Source: an uncultured Gemmatimonadales bacterium (GTDB lineage Bacteria; Gemmatimonadota; Gemmatimonadetes; Longimicrobiales; Gaopeijiaceae). From it: 64,000 nt of DNA. The stretch covers positions 96,001 through 160,000 of the forward strand of contig CAWELD010000010.1 of assembly GCA_963809895.1 (NCBI GenBank), read 5' to 3'. Below, one piece after another: positions 30,593 through 38,836 of this stretch; positions within the stretch are counted from its first letter, which is position 1; the number at the start of each line of letters is the position of its first letter. Position numbers and translations under genes: made by a program. The notes under the pieces were generated by a model, which was not told the origin of the DNA, did no database searches, and was given only the letters and a program-made list of their open reading frames with translations.

Positions 30593-31159
30593 ATGGAGCG
30601 TTCACCTCCCGATCCACCGACCTCGGACCTCATCCGGGCAGCCCGTTCGGGCGACCGCAGCGCGGTCGACCGCCTGTTCGCGCTCGCGTACGAGGAGCTC
30701 CGCAAGCTCGCCCACGTCCAGCGTGTCGGGGGCGCTCCGGCGACGCTGAATACCACGGCCCTGGTGCACGAGGCGTACTTCAAGCTCAGCCGCGACGCCG
30801 CCCTGGATGTCGCCGATCGATCCCACTTCACCTACATCGTGGCCCGGGCCATGCGTCAGGTGCTGGTGGATGCCGCCCGTCGCCGGAAGACGGAGAAGCG
30901 AGGTGGCGGAAAGGTCGTCGTGACGCTACAGGAGGCCGACGGCTCCACCGACGTCGAGGGCGACAGCATTCTCGCGCTGGAAGAGGCGCTGACCGACCTG
31001 GAGCGCGTCGATCCGCGGCGGGCGCAGATCGTCGAGTGCCGCTTCTTCGGCGGACTCTCGGTGGACGAGACCGCCGCGTCGCTGGGGATATCGGCACCCA
31101 CCGTGAAACGGGACTGGCGTGCGGCGCGGGCCTGGCTGGCGCAGGCGCTGGAGGCGTAG
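30593..31159 (+). CDS. ECF sigma factor of the kinase-associated type
   Basis: YEELRKLA, TLNTTALVHEAY, AMRQVLVDAAR...KRGG and VKRDWRAARAWL. Confidence 0.92.
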   Translation: MERSPPDPPTSDLIRAARSGDRSAVDRLFALAYEELRKLAHVQRVGGAPATLNTTALVHEAYFKLSRDAALDVADRSHFTYIVARAMRQVLVDAARRRKTEKRGGGKVVVTLQEADGSTDVEGDSILALEEALTDLERVDPRRAQIVECRFFGGLSVDETAASLGISAPTVKRDWRAARAWLAQALEA

Positions 31160-31204
31160 CGACCCGGCCGGGCTACTTCCTTCCGGACGGATGGGGTTCG
31201 TGGC

Positions 31205-31390
31205 TCAGCGGTCCGGATCCTCGTCGGGCACCACCGGACACACCCGGTGGATCGGCCGGCCGCCCCCCGAGTCGAAGGCCATGTTGTCCTTGGGGACAGG
31301 CTGTCCGCACTTGGCACAGGACTGCCCAGCTTCCACCGACCGTGCGGCCGGGTTCTCGCGTCCACCGAACAACTTGTCGAACAGTCCCAT
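31205..31390 (-). CDS. Small putative metal-binding protein (CxxC...HxxC)
   Basis: GGGAG RBS then MGLFDKLFGG...CAKC...HRVC; 61 aa. Confidence 0.65.
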   Translation of the reverse strand: MGLFDKLFGGRENPAARSVEAGQSCAKCGQPVPKDNMAFDSGGGRPIHRVCPVVPDEDPDR

Positions 31391-31583
31391 GGTTCTCCCG
31401 GTGTGGAGGGGTACCGTGGAATGGTACGCTCGGGGGGCGGCCAGGCCAACTGTCGGTGCCGGCGGCTGCGCTCGATCCCGGGGCCGGCTCGTCACGGAGG
31501 TCGATGGGTGCGGGTATTGCGGTTAGGCTGCCCTTCAGCGCATGGTGGAGCGACATGATGCCATGATGAACCGGTGGCTGAAG

Positions 31584-31909
31584 CGTTTCAGCTGAAACGT
31601 CTCCTGGTCGAAGAGGCGCTGCTCCGGGACTGCGGCGAGCGTCCGAGATCGGGCTTGACCAGAACGCAACCCACGTCGGCTCTCGCGGCGCCGATTTTGC
31701 CTCTTGTGGTGAATATTCGCCCCAATTGCAGCCCACGAACGGCCACCCGCCTCGGGCGGGCTGGATTGTGGTCGATAATTGTCTACAACGCTCGCTCAGG
31801 AGGATCGGGGCGAGCACTTGGGCGGCGTTCTGGTGAATCTGGAGCAGAGCGCGCCGGTTCCCGGGCCGGCGCCGCACTCCTCGGTGGTGGAAGCGTTTCA
31901 GCTGAAACG
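31584..31909. repeat. 326-bp fold-back element bounded by CGTTTCAGCTGAAACG palindromes
   Basis: Arm pairs all centred at ~31746: 31584-31599/31894-31909, 31655-31676/31816-31837 (18/22), 31704-31725/31766-31788 and 31729-31734/31758-31763. Confidence 0.8.
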
Positions 31910-31988
31910 CGTTCCCGTAACGGTTTCCGGACCCACAGCGAATGGTGAAGGGCCGACGACCCGACCTTCACCTGTTGAAGAACCCTCC

Positions 31989-33452
31989 ATGCGACCCGCA
32001 ATCACCACGACGCTGCTGTTGCTCTGCGCCGCCGCGGCCTGCGCCGACGGCTCTCCCGCCAGCCCGGACCAGAGCCCGGAGCCGGAGCCGGATACCGTAG
32101 CCGAGCGCATCACCGCCTTCGTCGACGTCAACGTGGTGCCCATGGACGCGGAGCGGGTGGTGGAAGGGCAGACGGTGGTGGTGCATGGCGACACGATCGT
32201 GGCCATGGGTCCGGTGGGATCGGTTCAGGTTCCTGAAGGAGCGCAGATCGTCGACGGTGCCGGCCGTTGGCTCATGCCGGGGCTGACCGACATGCACACG
32301 CACCTGGGGGTGAACTGGGCCGAGTTCACGAACCAGCGGCCGCCGGATGCAGGTCTCCAGGAGATGGCCGAGGGCCAGATGCTCCTGTACCTGGCCAACG
32401 GCGTCACCACCATCTTCGACATGGGCAGGTTCGGGGCGCCGATCCTGCGCTGGAGGAGCGAGGTGATCGAGGGCCGCTATCCCGGTCCCACCATCTACGC
32501 GGCGCGCTGGCTGCGGGGCCCCCCGGGGACGCCCGACGGGGGCCCGTCCTACGACGCGCCCACGACCGCTGCGGCCGCCCGGCAGTTCGTCCGCGAGACG
32601 GTCGATGAGGGCTACCATCTCCTGAAGCTCTACAACTGGCCCTCGAGAGAGGTCGTGCTGGCGGCCATGGACGAGGCCGGCGCACAGGACCTGGCGATCG
32701 GCGGTCACTTTCCCCAGACCCTGCCCACGGCCGAGGTCCTGGGGTCGGGCATGAACCTGGTGGCCCACGCCGAGGCGTACCTGTGGACGTACTTCGACAA
32801 CGCGGTCCACGACGAGCGGGTGCCCGACGCCGTCGACATGACCCGGAACGCCGATGCATGGGTGACCACCACTCTCGACGTGACGAAGTGGGAGGCCGCC
32901 GTCTGGGGCGGCAATCAGGTGGGGATCAACGCCTTCTGGGCGCTCCCCGAGGTCCGGTACATGCACTTCACGGAGGTCGGGCTGCATCGGGAGGGGCTCG
33001 AGGGCACGCGCTGGAACCCGCCGGGTGCCCAGCCCGGGGGCTACGACGCACGCTACCGATTCGTGCTGCGCTACACCGGGGCCCTGTACGACGCCGGCGT
33101 GCGACTGCTCATCGGCACCGACTCGCCCACGGTCCTGGGGGCGGCGGGATTCTCGCTCCACCGGGAGCTGGCCACGGTCCAGGACGAGTTGGGCCTGAGC
33201 CCCTACCAGGTCCTGCGACTGGCCACCCGGAATCCCGGTGACTTCGTGGAGGAGTACGTGCCGGCGGCGACCCGCTTCGGGCGCGTGGAAGTGGGCCGCC
33301 GGGCCGATCTCCTGCTCCTGGAGGCCAATCCCCTGGAATCCCTGGAGAACGTGAAGCGCCGGGTGGCGGTCATGGCCCGGGGCAGGCTCTACTCGGAGGC
33401 CGAGCTCCAGGCGGGGATCGAGGAGTTGGCGGCGCGCTACGACGGGGGCTGA
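31989..33452 (+). CDS. Metal-dependent amidohydrolase, probable lipoprotein
   Basis: Lipobox-like AAAC; PGLTDMHTH, NGVTT, GTDSP and GRRADLLLLEANPL. Confidence 0.9.
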   Translation: MRPAITTTLLLLCAAAACADGSPASPDQSPEPEPDTVAERITAFVDVNVVPMDAERVVEGQTVVVHGDTIVAMGPVGSVQVPEGAQIVDGAGRWLMPGLTDMHTHLGVNWAEFTNQRPPDAGLQEMAEGQMLLYLANGVTTIFDMGRFGAPILRWRSEVIEGRYPGPTIYAARWLRGPPGTPDGGPSYDAPTTAAAARQFVRETVDEGYHLLKLYNWPSREVVLAAMDEAGAQDLAIGGHFPQTLPTAEVLGSGMNLVAHAEAYLWTYFDNAVHDERVPDAVDMTRNADAWVTTTLDVTKWEAAVWGGNQVGINAFWALPEVRYMHFTEVGLHREGLEGTRWNPPGAQPGGYDARYRFVLRYTGALYDAGVRLLIGTDSPTVLGAAGFSLHRELATVQDELGLSPYQVLRLATRNPGDFVEEYVPAATRFGRVEVGRRADLLLLEANPLESLENVKRRVAVMARGRLYSEAELQAGIEELAARYDGG

Positions 33453-33460
33453 AGACAAGG

Positions 33461-33481
33461 ACGCGTTTCAGCTGAAACGCT
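33461..33481. repeat. Third copy of the GTTTCAGCTGAAAC palindrome, between convergent genes
   Basis: ACGCGTTTCAGCTGAAACGCT is the exact reverse complement of 31892-31912. Confidence 0.9.
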
Positions 33482-33486
33482 CTCAC

Positions 33487-34353
33487 TCACCCCAGAAACC
33501 CCGCCACCCCGTCTGCCGCCTCCGCGGGCCGGTCCTCGGGCCAGTAGTGCCTGGCATCCAGCCGTCGCACGGTGACGTTGGTGAAGACGTCGCGGAACCG
33601 TCCGATGAAACGGGCCGGGTACATGAGGTCGTGCACGCCCCACAGCAGCAACAACGGCACGTCCACGAGCTGCGCCCGCACCGCGTCTTCCAGGTCGCCG
33701 AGCCATGCGGCGGCGGCCAGCAGTTGCTTCGGAAACTCCGCGGCGCCTCGGCGTGCGCCTGGGCTGGGTTGGGCCTCGCGGTAGTGGTCCCAGACCTCGG
33801 GCGCCATGGGGAGCAGCACGCCGCGGGGCATGATCCGCTCGACGAAGAGGTTCCGGTCCAGGAGCATCTTCTGCATGGGCATGCTGCCCATGAGGTAGCT
33901 GAAGGCCTTGATATGCCAGTCGCTGACCGGCCAGAACCAGGTGTTGCCCAGGACGAGGCGGCTCAGACGGGCCTGCTCGTCGGCGGCGACGCGCAATCCG
34001 ATGGGCCCGCCCCAGTCGTGGCCCACGATGGTGAGATCCTCGAGATCCAGGTGCCGCACGAACTCCCCCACGACCTCGGCGTGTTCGCCGGGGGTGTAGC
34101 CGAAGGCCGCGGGGCGCTCCGAGAGCCCGAAGCCCGGCAGGTCCAGTGCGATGCAGCGGAAGCGCTTCTGCAGGCGGATCACCATCCCCCGCCACAGGAA
34201 GCTCCAGGTGGGATTCCCGTGCAGGAACAGAATGGGCGGGCCGTTGCCCCGGCCCTCTGCGATGTAGTGGATGCGCCCGACGGAGCTGTCGAACCACCGG
34301 GACTCGAAGGGAAAAAGCTGGGAGTCGGGTACGAAGGGCGGGACCCAGGTCAT
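33487..34353 (-). CDS. Alpha/beta hydrolase, haloalkane dehalogenase-like
   Basis: HGNPTWSFLWR, DLPGFGLS and GHDWGGPIG; catalytic His in ARHY. Confidence 0.9.
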   Translation of the reverse strand: MTWVPPFVPDSQLFPFESRWFDSSVGRIHYIAEGRGNGPPILFLHGNPTWSFLWRGMVIRLQKRFRCIALDLPGFGLSERPAAFGYTPGEHAEVVGEFVRHLDLEDLTIVGHDWGGPIGLRVAADEQARLSRLVLGNTWFWPVSDWHIKAFSYLMGSMPMQKMLLDRNLFVERIMPRGVLLPMAPEVWDHYREAQPSPGARRGAAEFPKQLLAAAAWLGDLEDAVRAQLVDVPLLLLWGVHDLMYPARFIGRFRDVFTNVTVRRLDARHYWPEDRPAEAADGVAGFLG

Positions 34354-34928
34354 GCGGCGGCCGCCCGCCGTACGTATCCCCCGGCGCTCACCAGGGCGGC
34401 GCCGCCGGCCAGGGCCGAGGCCACCAGGAGCACCGTCCCACTGACGTCCGCCGTCGCACCCAGGAGCACCAGATACACCAGGAGCGTCGCCACCCTGCCG
34501 TGGAACTCGTGCTCCACGTTCACCGGGCGACCGGCCCGCTTCATGGCCAGCGATCCCCCGCCCAGCACCAGGTCCCGGAGCAGCACGCATCCCAGGAGCC
34601 AATACGGGAGCTGCGGGAACCCGGGAGGCCCCAGGAGCGTCAGCGCCACCAGCGCCGACACCTGCGTGAACTTGTCGGCCACGGCATCGACGATGGCGCC
34701 GAAGTGCGAGGTGGCGTTCATCGACCGGGCGAGATACCCGTCGAGGACGTCGGTGGCGCCGCTCAGAAAGAGAATCATAAGGGCCACCGCGCGCACCCCC
34801 GAGACGTCGAGCCCCAGCGCCGCCCGGCGCCCGAGCTCCCACACCGCCATGACGAAGGCGGGCACCATGAGGAGCCTCAGCAGGCTGAGGGCGTTGGGGA
34901 GCCAGGCCAGCGGGTGACGTGGGCTCAC
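34350..34928 (-). CDS. CDP-alcohol phosphatidyltransferase
   Basis: PNALSLLR and DVLDGYLAR...GAIVDAVADK signature. Confidence 0.9.
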   Translation of the reverse strand: MSPRHPLAWLPNALSLLRLLMVPAFVMAVWELGRRAALGLDVSGVRAVALMILFLSGATDVLDGYLARSMNATSHFGAIVDAVADKFTQVSALVALTLLGPPGFPQLPYWLLGCVLLRDLVLGGGSLAMKRAGRPVNVEHEFHGRVATLLVYLVLLGATADVSGTVLLVASALAGGAALVSAGGYVRRAAAA

Positions 34929-34978
34929 CGGCGTGGACGCCTCCGGGCCAGCGAGAGGGTACTCGAGTGCTCAGGTGC

Positions 34979-37123
34979 TCAGACGGTGGCGAGTCGTTTC
35001 GGGGTGGCCCGCTCGATCTTCTGGCCCGGCATCCAGCGGGTCACGTAGCCGGCCACGGCGCTGGCGGCCACCGAATAGGGCGACACCAGGTAGAGCTGTC
35101 CGGGACCGCTCCGGCCGGGGAAGTTCCGGTTCTGCGAGCTCACGCTCACCTCGTCGGGGTCCCGCGTGATGCCGGGCCCCGCGTTGATGCAGGCGCCGCA
35201 GCCGGGCTCGATGAAGGTGGCGCCGATGGCCTCGAACAGCTCCAGGTAGCCCTTCTCTCGACAGTACTCGCGCACCTCGATGGAGCCGCACTGGATGAAG
35301 CACTCCACATCGGGGTGCACGCCCAGGCCCCACTCCTCGCGGGCCTCGCGGAAGACGCGGGCGTACATGTCCATGTCCTCCTTCTTGCCCGCGGTGCACG
35401 AGCCGGCGTAGGCGATGTCGATGCGCACGCGGTCCCGCTCCAAGTCCTCGATGAGGACGCCGTTGCCGGGATCACCGGGGAGCGCAGCCATGGGATGAAT
35501 GGCCGAGGCATCGATCTCGATGACCTTCACGTACTCGGCGCCCTCGTCGGATTGCATGTCGCGCACCAGCGCCCGGGCCCGGGCCTCGTCCATGCCGCGC
35601 TCGGCCACCAGGTACTCCACCGTGCGCTCGTCGGCGGCCACGATGCCCGTGAAGGCGCCCACCTCGGCGGCCATGTTGGTCATGGTGGCCCGCTCGTCCA
35701 CCGACAGCGCCTCCACGGCGGGGCCGGCGTACTCGATGATCTGGCCGATGGCGTGGCCGTCGCGGATGTAGGGATGCCGGAGGATCTCCAGCATGTAGTC
35801 CTTGGCCGTGACGTTGGGCCGGGGCGTGCCGGAGATCACCACCTTGAAGCTCCTGGGCACCCGCACGCGCACGTCGCGGGTGATCCACGAGTTGAAGATG
35901 GCCGTGGTGCCGACCCCGAAGGCCACGCAGCCGATGGCGCCGGCGTGGGGCGTGTGCGAGTCGGAGCCGATGATGAGCATGCCCGGCTCGGCGTACTCCT
36001 CGAGGATCTTCGAGTGGCAGATCGCCTCGGAGCCCATGACGTGCCCTTTCTGCTCGCCGTAGAGCCGGATACCCTGGCGTTCGGCGAACTCCCGCTGCTT
36101 GACCTCGAGCTGGTTGGCCACGTCCAGCAGCCCTTCCTCGATGCGTTCCTGGCTCATGGCCTTGTGCAGGAAGGTCAGGTGGTCGCGGAAGAAGAGCACG
36201 CTGTCGGGCTCCGCCACGCGCCCGTCCGCGCCCACCTTCTGCTCGAAGAAGATGGCGCTCATGGGCGTCACGTATTCATGGCTGAAACGCACGTCGGTCT
36301 GAAAGAAGCCGGCCTCGCCGGGCTTCACCCAGGGCACGCCAACGTCGCCCTCGGCGGCATCCACCACCCAGTGCCGGGCGAAGATCTTCTCGGCCACGGT
36401 CATGGGGCGGGTGCCGTTCGCCCCGGGTTCCGGAGCCTCGGGCGCCTCGTCGTCGTCGTCGGCGCCGGGGAGCCCTCCCCCGAGAGACGAGGGCAGCGGC
36501 ACCAGCGCCTTGCCCTGCAGCCGGGCCAGGTTGAACTCGAAGAGCCCGCCGTACTCGATGATCTGGCGGGTGATCTCGTCCTTGCCCTCGGTGAAGACCG
36601 ACAGCGGGATCTCCTCGCCCGACTCGATGCGCGCGATGAGGCCGAAGTCGGTGGTGGTGAGGATGCCCAGGTTCTGGCAGTTCTCGTTGTAGATGCGCTC
36701 GATGCTCTCGCCCACGACCACGCGGATGCCGGCCATGAGCTCGGCGTAGGGGCTCTGCTCGCGGCTGCTCCCCTTGCCCCGGCGCTTGCCCGCCACCGAG
36801 CACACGAATCCCCCGTCCTTCACCGAGCTGCGCTTCACCGGGAACTGTGCCTCGCCGCTCTCCGGGTCCGTGGCGCGCAGGCCCAGATACGGGAACTCGC
36901 CCAGCGTCTCATCGAAGAAGTAGCAGATGTAGGCCGGGGTGATCTCGTCGGTGGAGATCTGGTCCCTGAGCTTTGCCTTCAGCTCGTCGGTGAGCTCCAG
37001 GTCTTCACCCTCGTAGAGCTGGCGCCGCATGAGCTCGGCGTCGTCCACGAGATAGAGGATGCGTCCATCGAAGCGGAGGGTATCGGGGCGCTTCTCGAGA
37101 GGGCGCCGCTTGAGATCGTCCAT
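34979..37123 (-). CDS. Aconitase-superfamily dehydratase with N-terminal swivel (LeuD-like) fused to a LeuC-like domain
   Basis: ISTDEITPA and GSSRE (swivel), then DSHT, GSCT, PGCGAC and NRNFPGR. Confidence 0.88.
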   Translation of the reverse strand: MDDLKRRPLEKRPDTLRFDGRILYLVDDAELMRRQLYEGEDLELTDELKAKLRDQISTDEITPAYICYFFDETLGEFPYLGLRATDPESGEAQFPVKRSSVKDGGFVCSVAGKRRGKGSSREQSPYAELMAGIRVVVGESIERIYNENCQNLGILTTTDFGLIARIESGEEIPLSVFTEGKDEITRQIIEYGGLFEFNLARLQGKALVPLPSSLGGGLPGADDDDEAPEAPEPGANGTRPMTVAEKIFARHWVVDAAEGDVGVPWVKPGEAGFFQTDVRFSHEYVTPMSAIFFEQKVGADGRVAEPDSVLFFRDHLTFLHKAMSQERIEEGLLDVANQLEVKQREFAERQGIRLYGEQKGHVMGSEAICHSKILEEYAEPGMLIIGSDSHTPHAGAIGCVAFGVGTTAIFNSWITRDVRVRVPRSFKVVISGTPRPNVTAKDYMLEILRHPYIRDGHAIGQIIEYAGPAVEALSVDERATMTNMAAEVGAFTGIVAADERTVEYLVAERGMDEARARALVRDMQSDEGAEYVKVIEIDASAIHPMAALPGDPGNGVLIEDLERDRVRIDIAYAGSCTAGKKEDMDMYARVFREAREEWGLGVHPDVECFIQCGSIEVREYCREKGYLELFEAIGATFIEPGCGACINAGPGITRDPDEVSVSSQNRNFPGRSGPGQLYLVSPYSVAASAVAGYVTRWMPGQKIERATPKRLATV

Positions 37124-37366
37124 GAATGGCGTTCGGAGCTTCGGGGAATCGACTGCGAATCCTACCCCGGCGGCTCCACGAGGAGCCGGAAGAACGGTGT
37201 CCGCCGACGTCTCGGGCACCACCCCGGGGGACCGGAAGATGGCGGCCCGCGGCGGGCGGGCACAAGCCGCGGGCAACCCCGGACCCGCCCCTCCGCATCC
37301 CACCCGGGGAAGCATCGCCGGGAGGAGCCCGGCATCGAAAACGTGCGTGCGCAAGGAGGAGGGATC

Positions 37367-38656
37367 GTGAGCCGGATCGTCATGCTGGGCCGCGGCGCGG
37401 CCGCGATGGGGCTGTTGCTGTGGAGCGCGCCGCTGGCGGGGCAGCGGGTCATGGAGCTGCCGAAGCGGGATCAGACCATCGAGCCCGCGGCGGAGGACGT
37501 CTTCAGCGTAGGCACCTTCGACGGCGCCGACTGGGAGACCTTCGGCGAGATCGGGCAGGTGGGATTCGACGCCCAGGGCAACCTCTACATCCTGGACCGG
37601 CAGAACACGCGAGTGGTGGTGGTGGACCGGGACGGCAACTTCGTGCGCCAGTTCGGCAAGGCAGGCGAGGGCCCGGGCGAGCTGCGCTCGGCGGGGAGCA
37701 TGGGCGTCTTGCCTGATGGCTCCGTGGTTATCGCCGACGGCATGCACCGGGCCTACATGCTCTACGAACCCGACGGCGAGTTCAGCCACGAGGTGAGCAT
37801 GGGTGACGGCACCTCCATCAGCTTCGGGCGCCTTCAGCCGGATCCCCGGGGTGGTGCGGTCTTCAACGGCGCCGGGGCGGGCTTCAGCATGCGTATGAGC
37901 TTCGGCGGCGGCGGCGCTTCAGACGAGCCCCCGGGCCGGCCGATCCAGCGCGTGACGTTGGGTGAGGACGGCGCCGTGTCCGACTTCTACACTGCCTGGA
38001 TGCCGCCTCCGGCCGAGGACGACGAGGGTGCCCAGGTCAACATGGGCGGCGAACGGGTCATCCGCATGGGTGCCGGCCCGCGCATCTTCGAGCCCAGCCT
38101 GTACTCGGCCGTGCTCCCCGACGGCGGGTTGGCCGTGGTGGACTCGTCCGCGTACGCAGTCAAGCTGGTCGGACCCGACGGCCACGATCGCGGCCGCATC
38201 ACCCGGGACATCGAGCCGGTCCAGGTCACCAAGCGCATCGAGGAGCGGGAGAAGCAGCGCCAGCTCGACGACATCGAATCGGGCGAGGGACCCCAGATGC
38301 GCATCATGGTGCGTGGCTCCGACGGCTCGGCGCAGAGCCTGGGCCAGGACCGCATCCGCGAGATGCAGAAGCAGCAGCTCGAGAACCGCGGCTTCTATCC
38401 GGAGATCCCGGTGGTGGCCGGCCTCGCCGCCAGTCCCCAGGGCACCATCTGGCTCGAACGCTCCACCGTGAACCCCGACGACGACGGCCCCATCGACCTC
38501 TTCCGGGCCGACGGTACCTACCTGGGCACCATCTCCGACGACGGGCTGCGCATCCCTCAGGCCTTCGGCCCCGACGGCCTGGTGGCGTACGTGGAGCGCG
38601 ACGAGATGGACATCCCCTCGGTCCACGTCATGCGCCTTCCCGCGGAGATCCGGTAG
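37367..38656 (+). CDS. Six-bladed beta-propeller protein, secreted
   Basis: GGAGG RBS; signal peptide; GKAGEGPGEL; DLFRADGTYLG; DEMDIPSV. Confidence 0.82.
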   Translation: MSRIVMLGRGAAAMGLLLWSAPLAGQRVMELPKRDQTIEPAAEDVFSVGTFDGADWETFGEIGQVGFDAQGNLYILDRQNTRVVVVDRDGNFVRQFGKAGEGPGELRSAGSMGVLPDGSVVIADGMHRAYMLYEPDGEFSHEVSMGDGTSISFGRLQPDPRGGAVFNGAGAGFSMRMSFGGGGASDEPPGRPIQRVTLGEDGAVSDFYTAWMPPPAEDDEGAQVNMGGERVIRMGAGPRIFEPSLYSAVLPDGGLAVVDSSAYAVKLVGPDGHDRGRITRDIEPVQVTKRIEEREKQRQLDDIESGEGPQMRIMVRGSDGSAQSLGQDRIREMQKQQLENRGFYPEIPVVAGLAASPQGTIWLERSTVNPDDDGPIDLFRADGTYLGTISDDGLRIPQAFGPDGLVAYVERDEMDIPSVHVMRLPAEIR

Positions 38657-38767
38657 GGCGAACCCGGGTGCGGTTATTCGCGCCTTTGTGCGGGCCGGAC
38701 GGGCGCCGCCGCTTCAGCGCGCCTTGACGTTCCGGCTCCGGAGCCCCCAAATAATCCCCGCTTCACC

Positions 38768-38800
38768 GAAAGCCGCCGGCCCCCGTGGTCGGCGGTTTTC
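38768..38800 (+). terminator. Stem-loop upstream of the NSS transporter (terminator or attenuator candidate)
   Basis: GAAAGCCGCCGGCC-loop-GGTCGGCGGTTTTC. Confidence 0.45.
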
Positions 38801-38836
38801 CGGATCCTCCAGGCCGGCTCCAGCGAAGGAGAAGCA

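Noticed and set aside
31444..31528. Integron attC-like site (GGCCAAC...GTTAGGC)
   Set aside because: The ends pair imperfectly, there are no complementary L boxes, no second site and no integrase.
31584..31599. Canonical parS call
   Set aside because: The centre is GC rather than CG, the outer bases differ and no parAB is in view; kept only as a parS-like hypothesis.
31173..31988. ORFs across the 31.4-32.0 kb gap, including the extended amidohydrolase N-terminus from 31779
   Set aside because: No protein motifs beyond the translated palindrome; the signal peptide begins at ATG 31989.
34919..37366. N-terminal two-thirds of the 1245-aa + strand ORF
   Set aside because: Antisense shadow of the aconitase-family gene; the real gene starts near 37367 after a GGAGG RBS.
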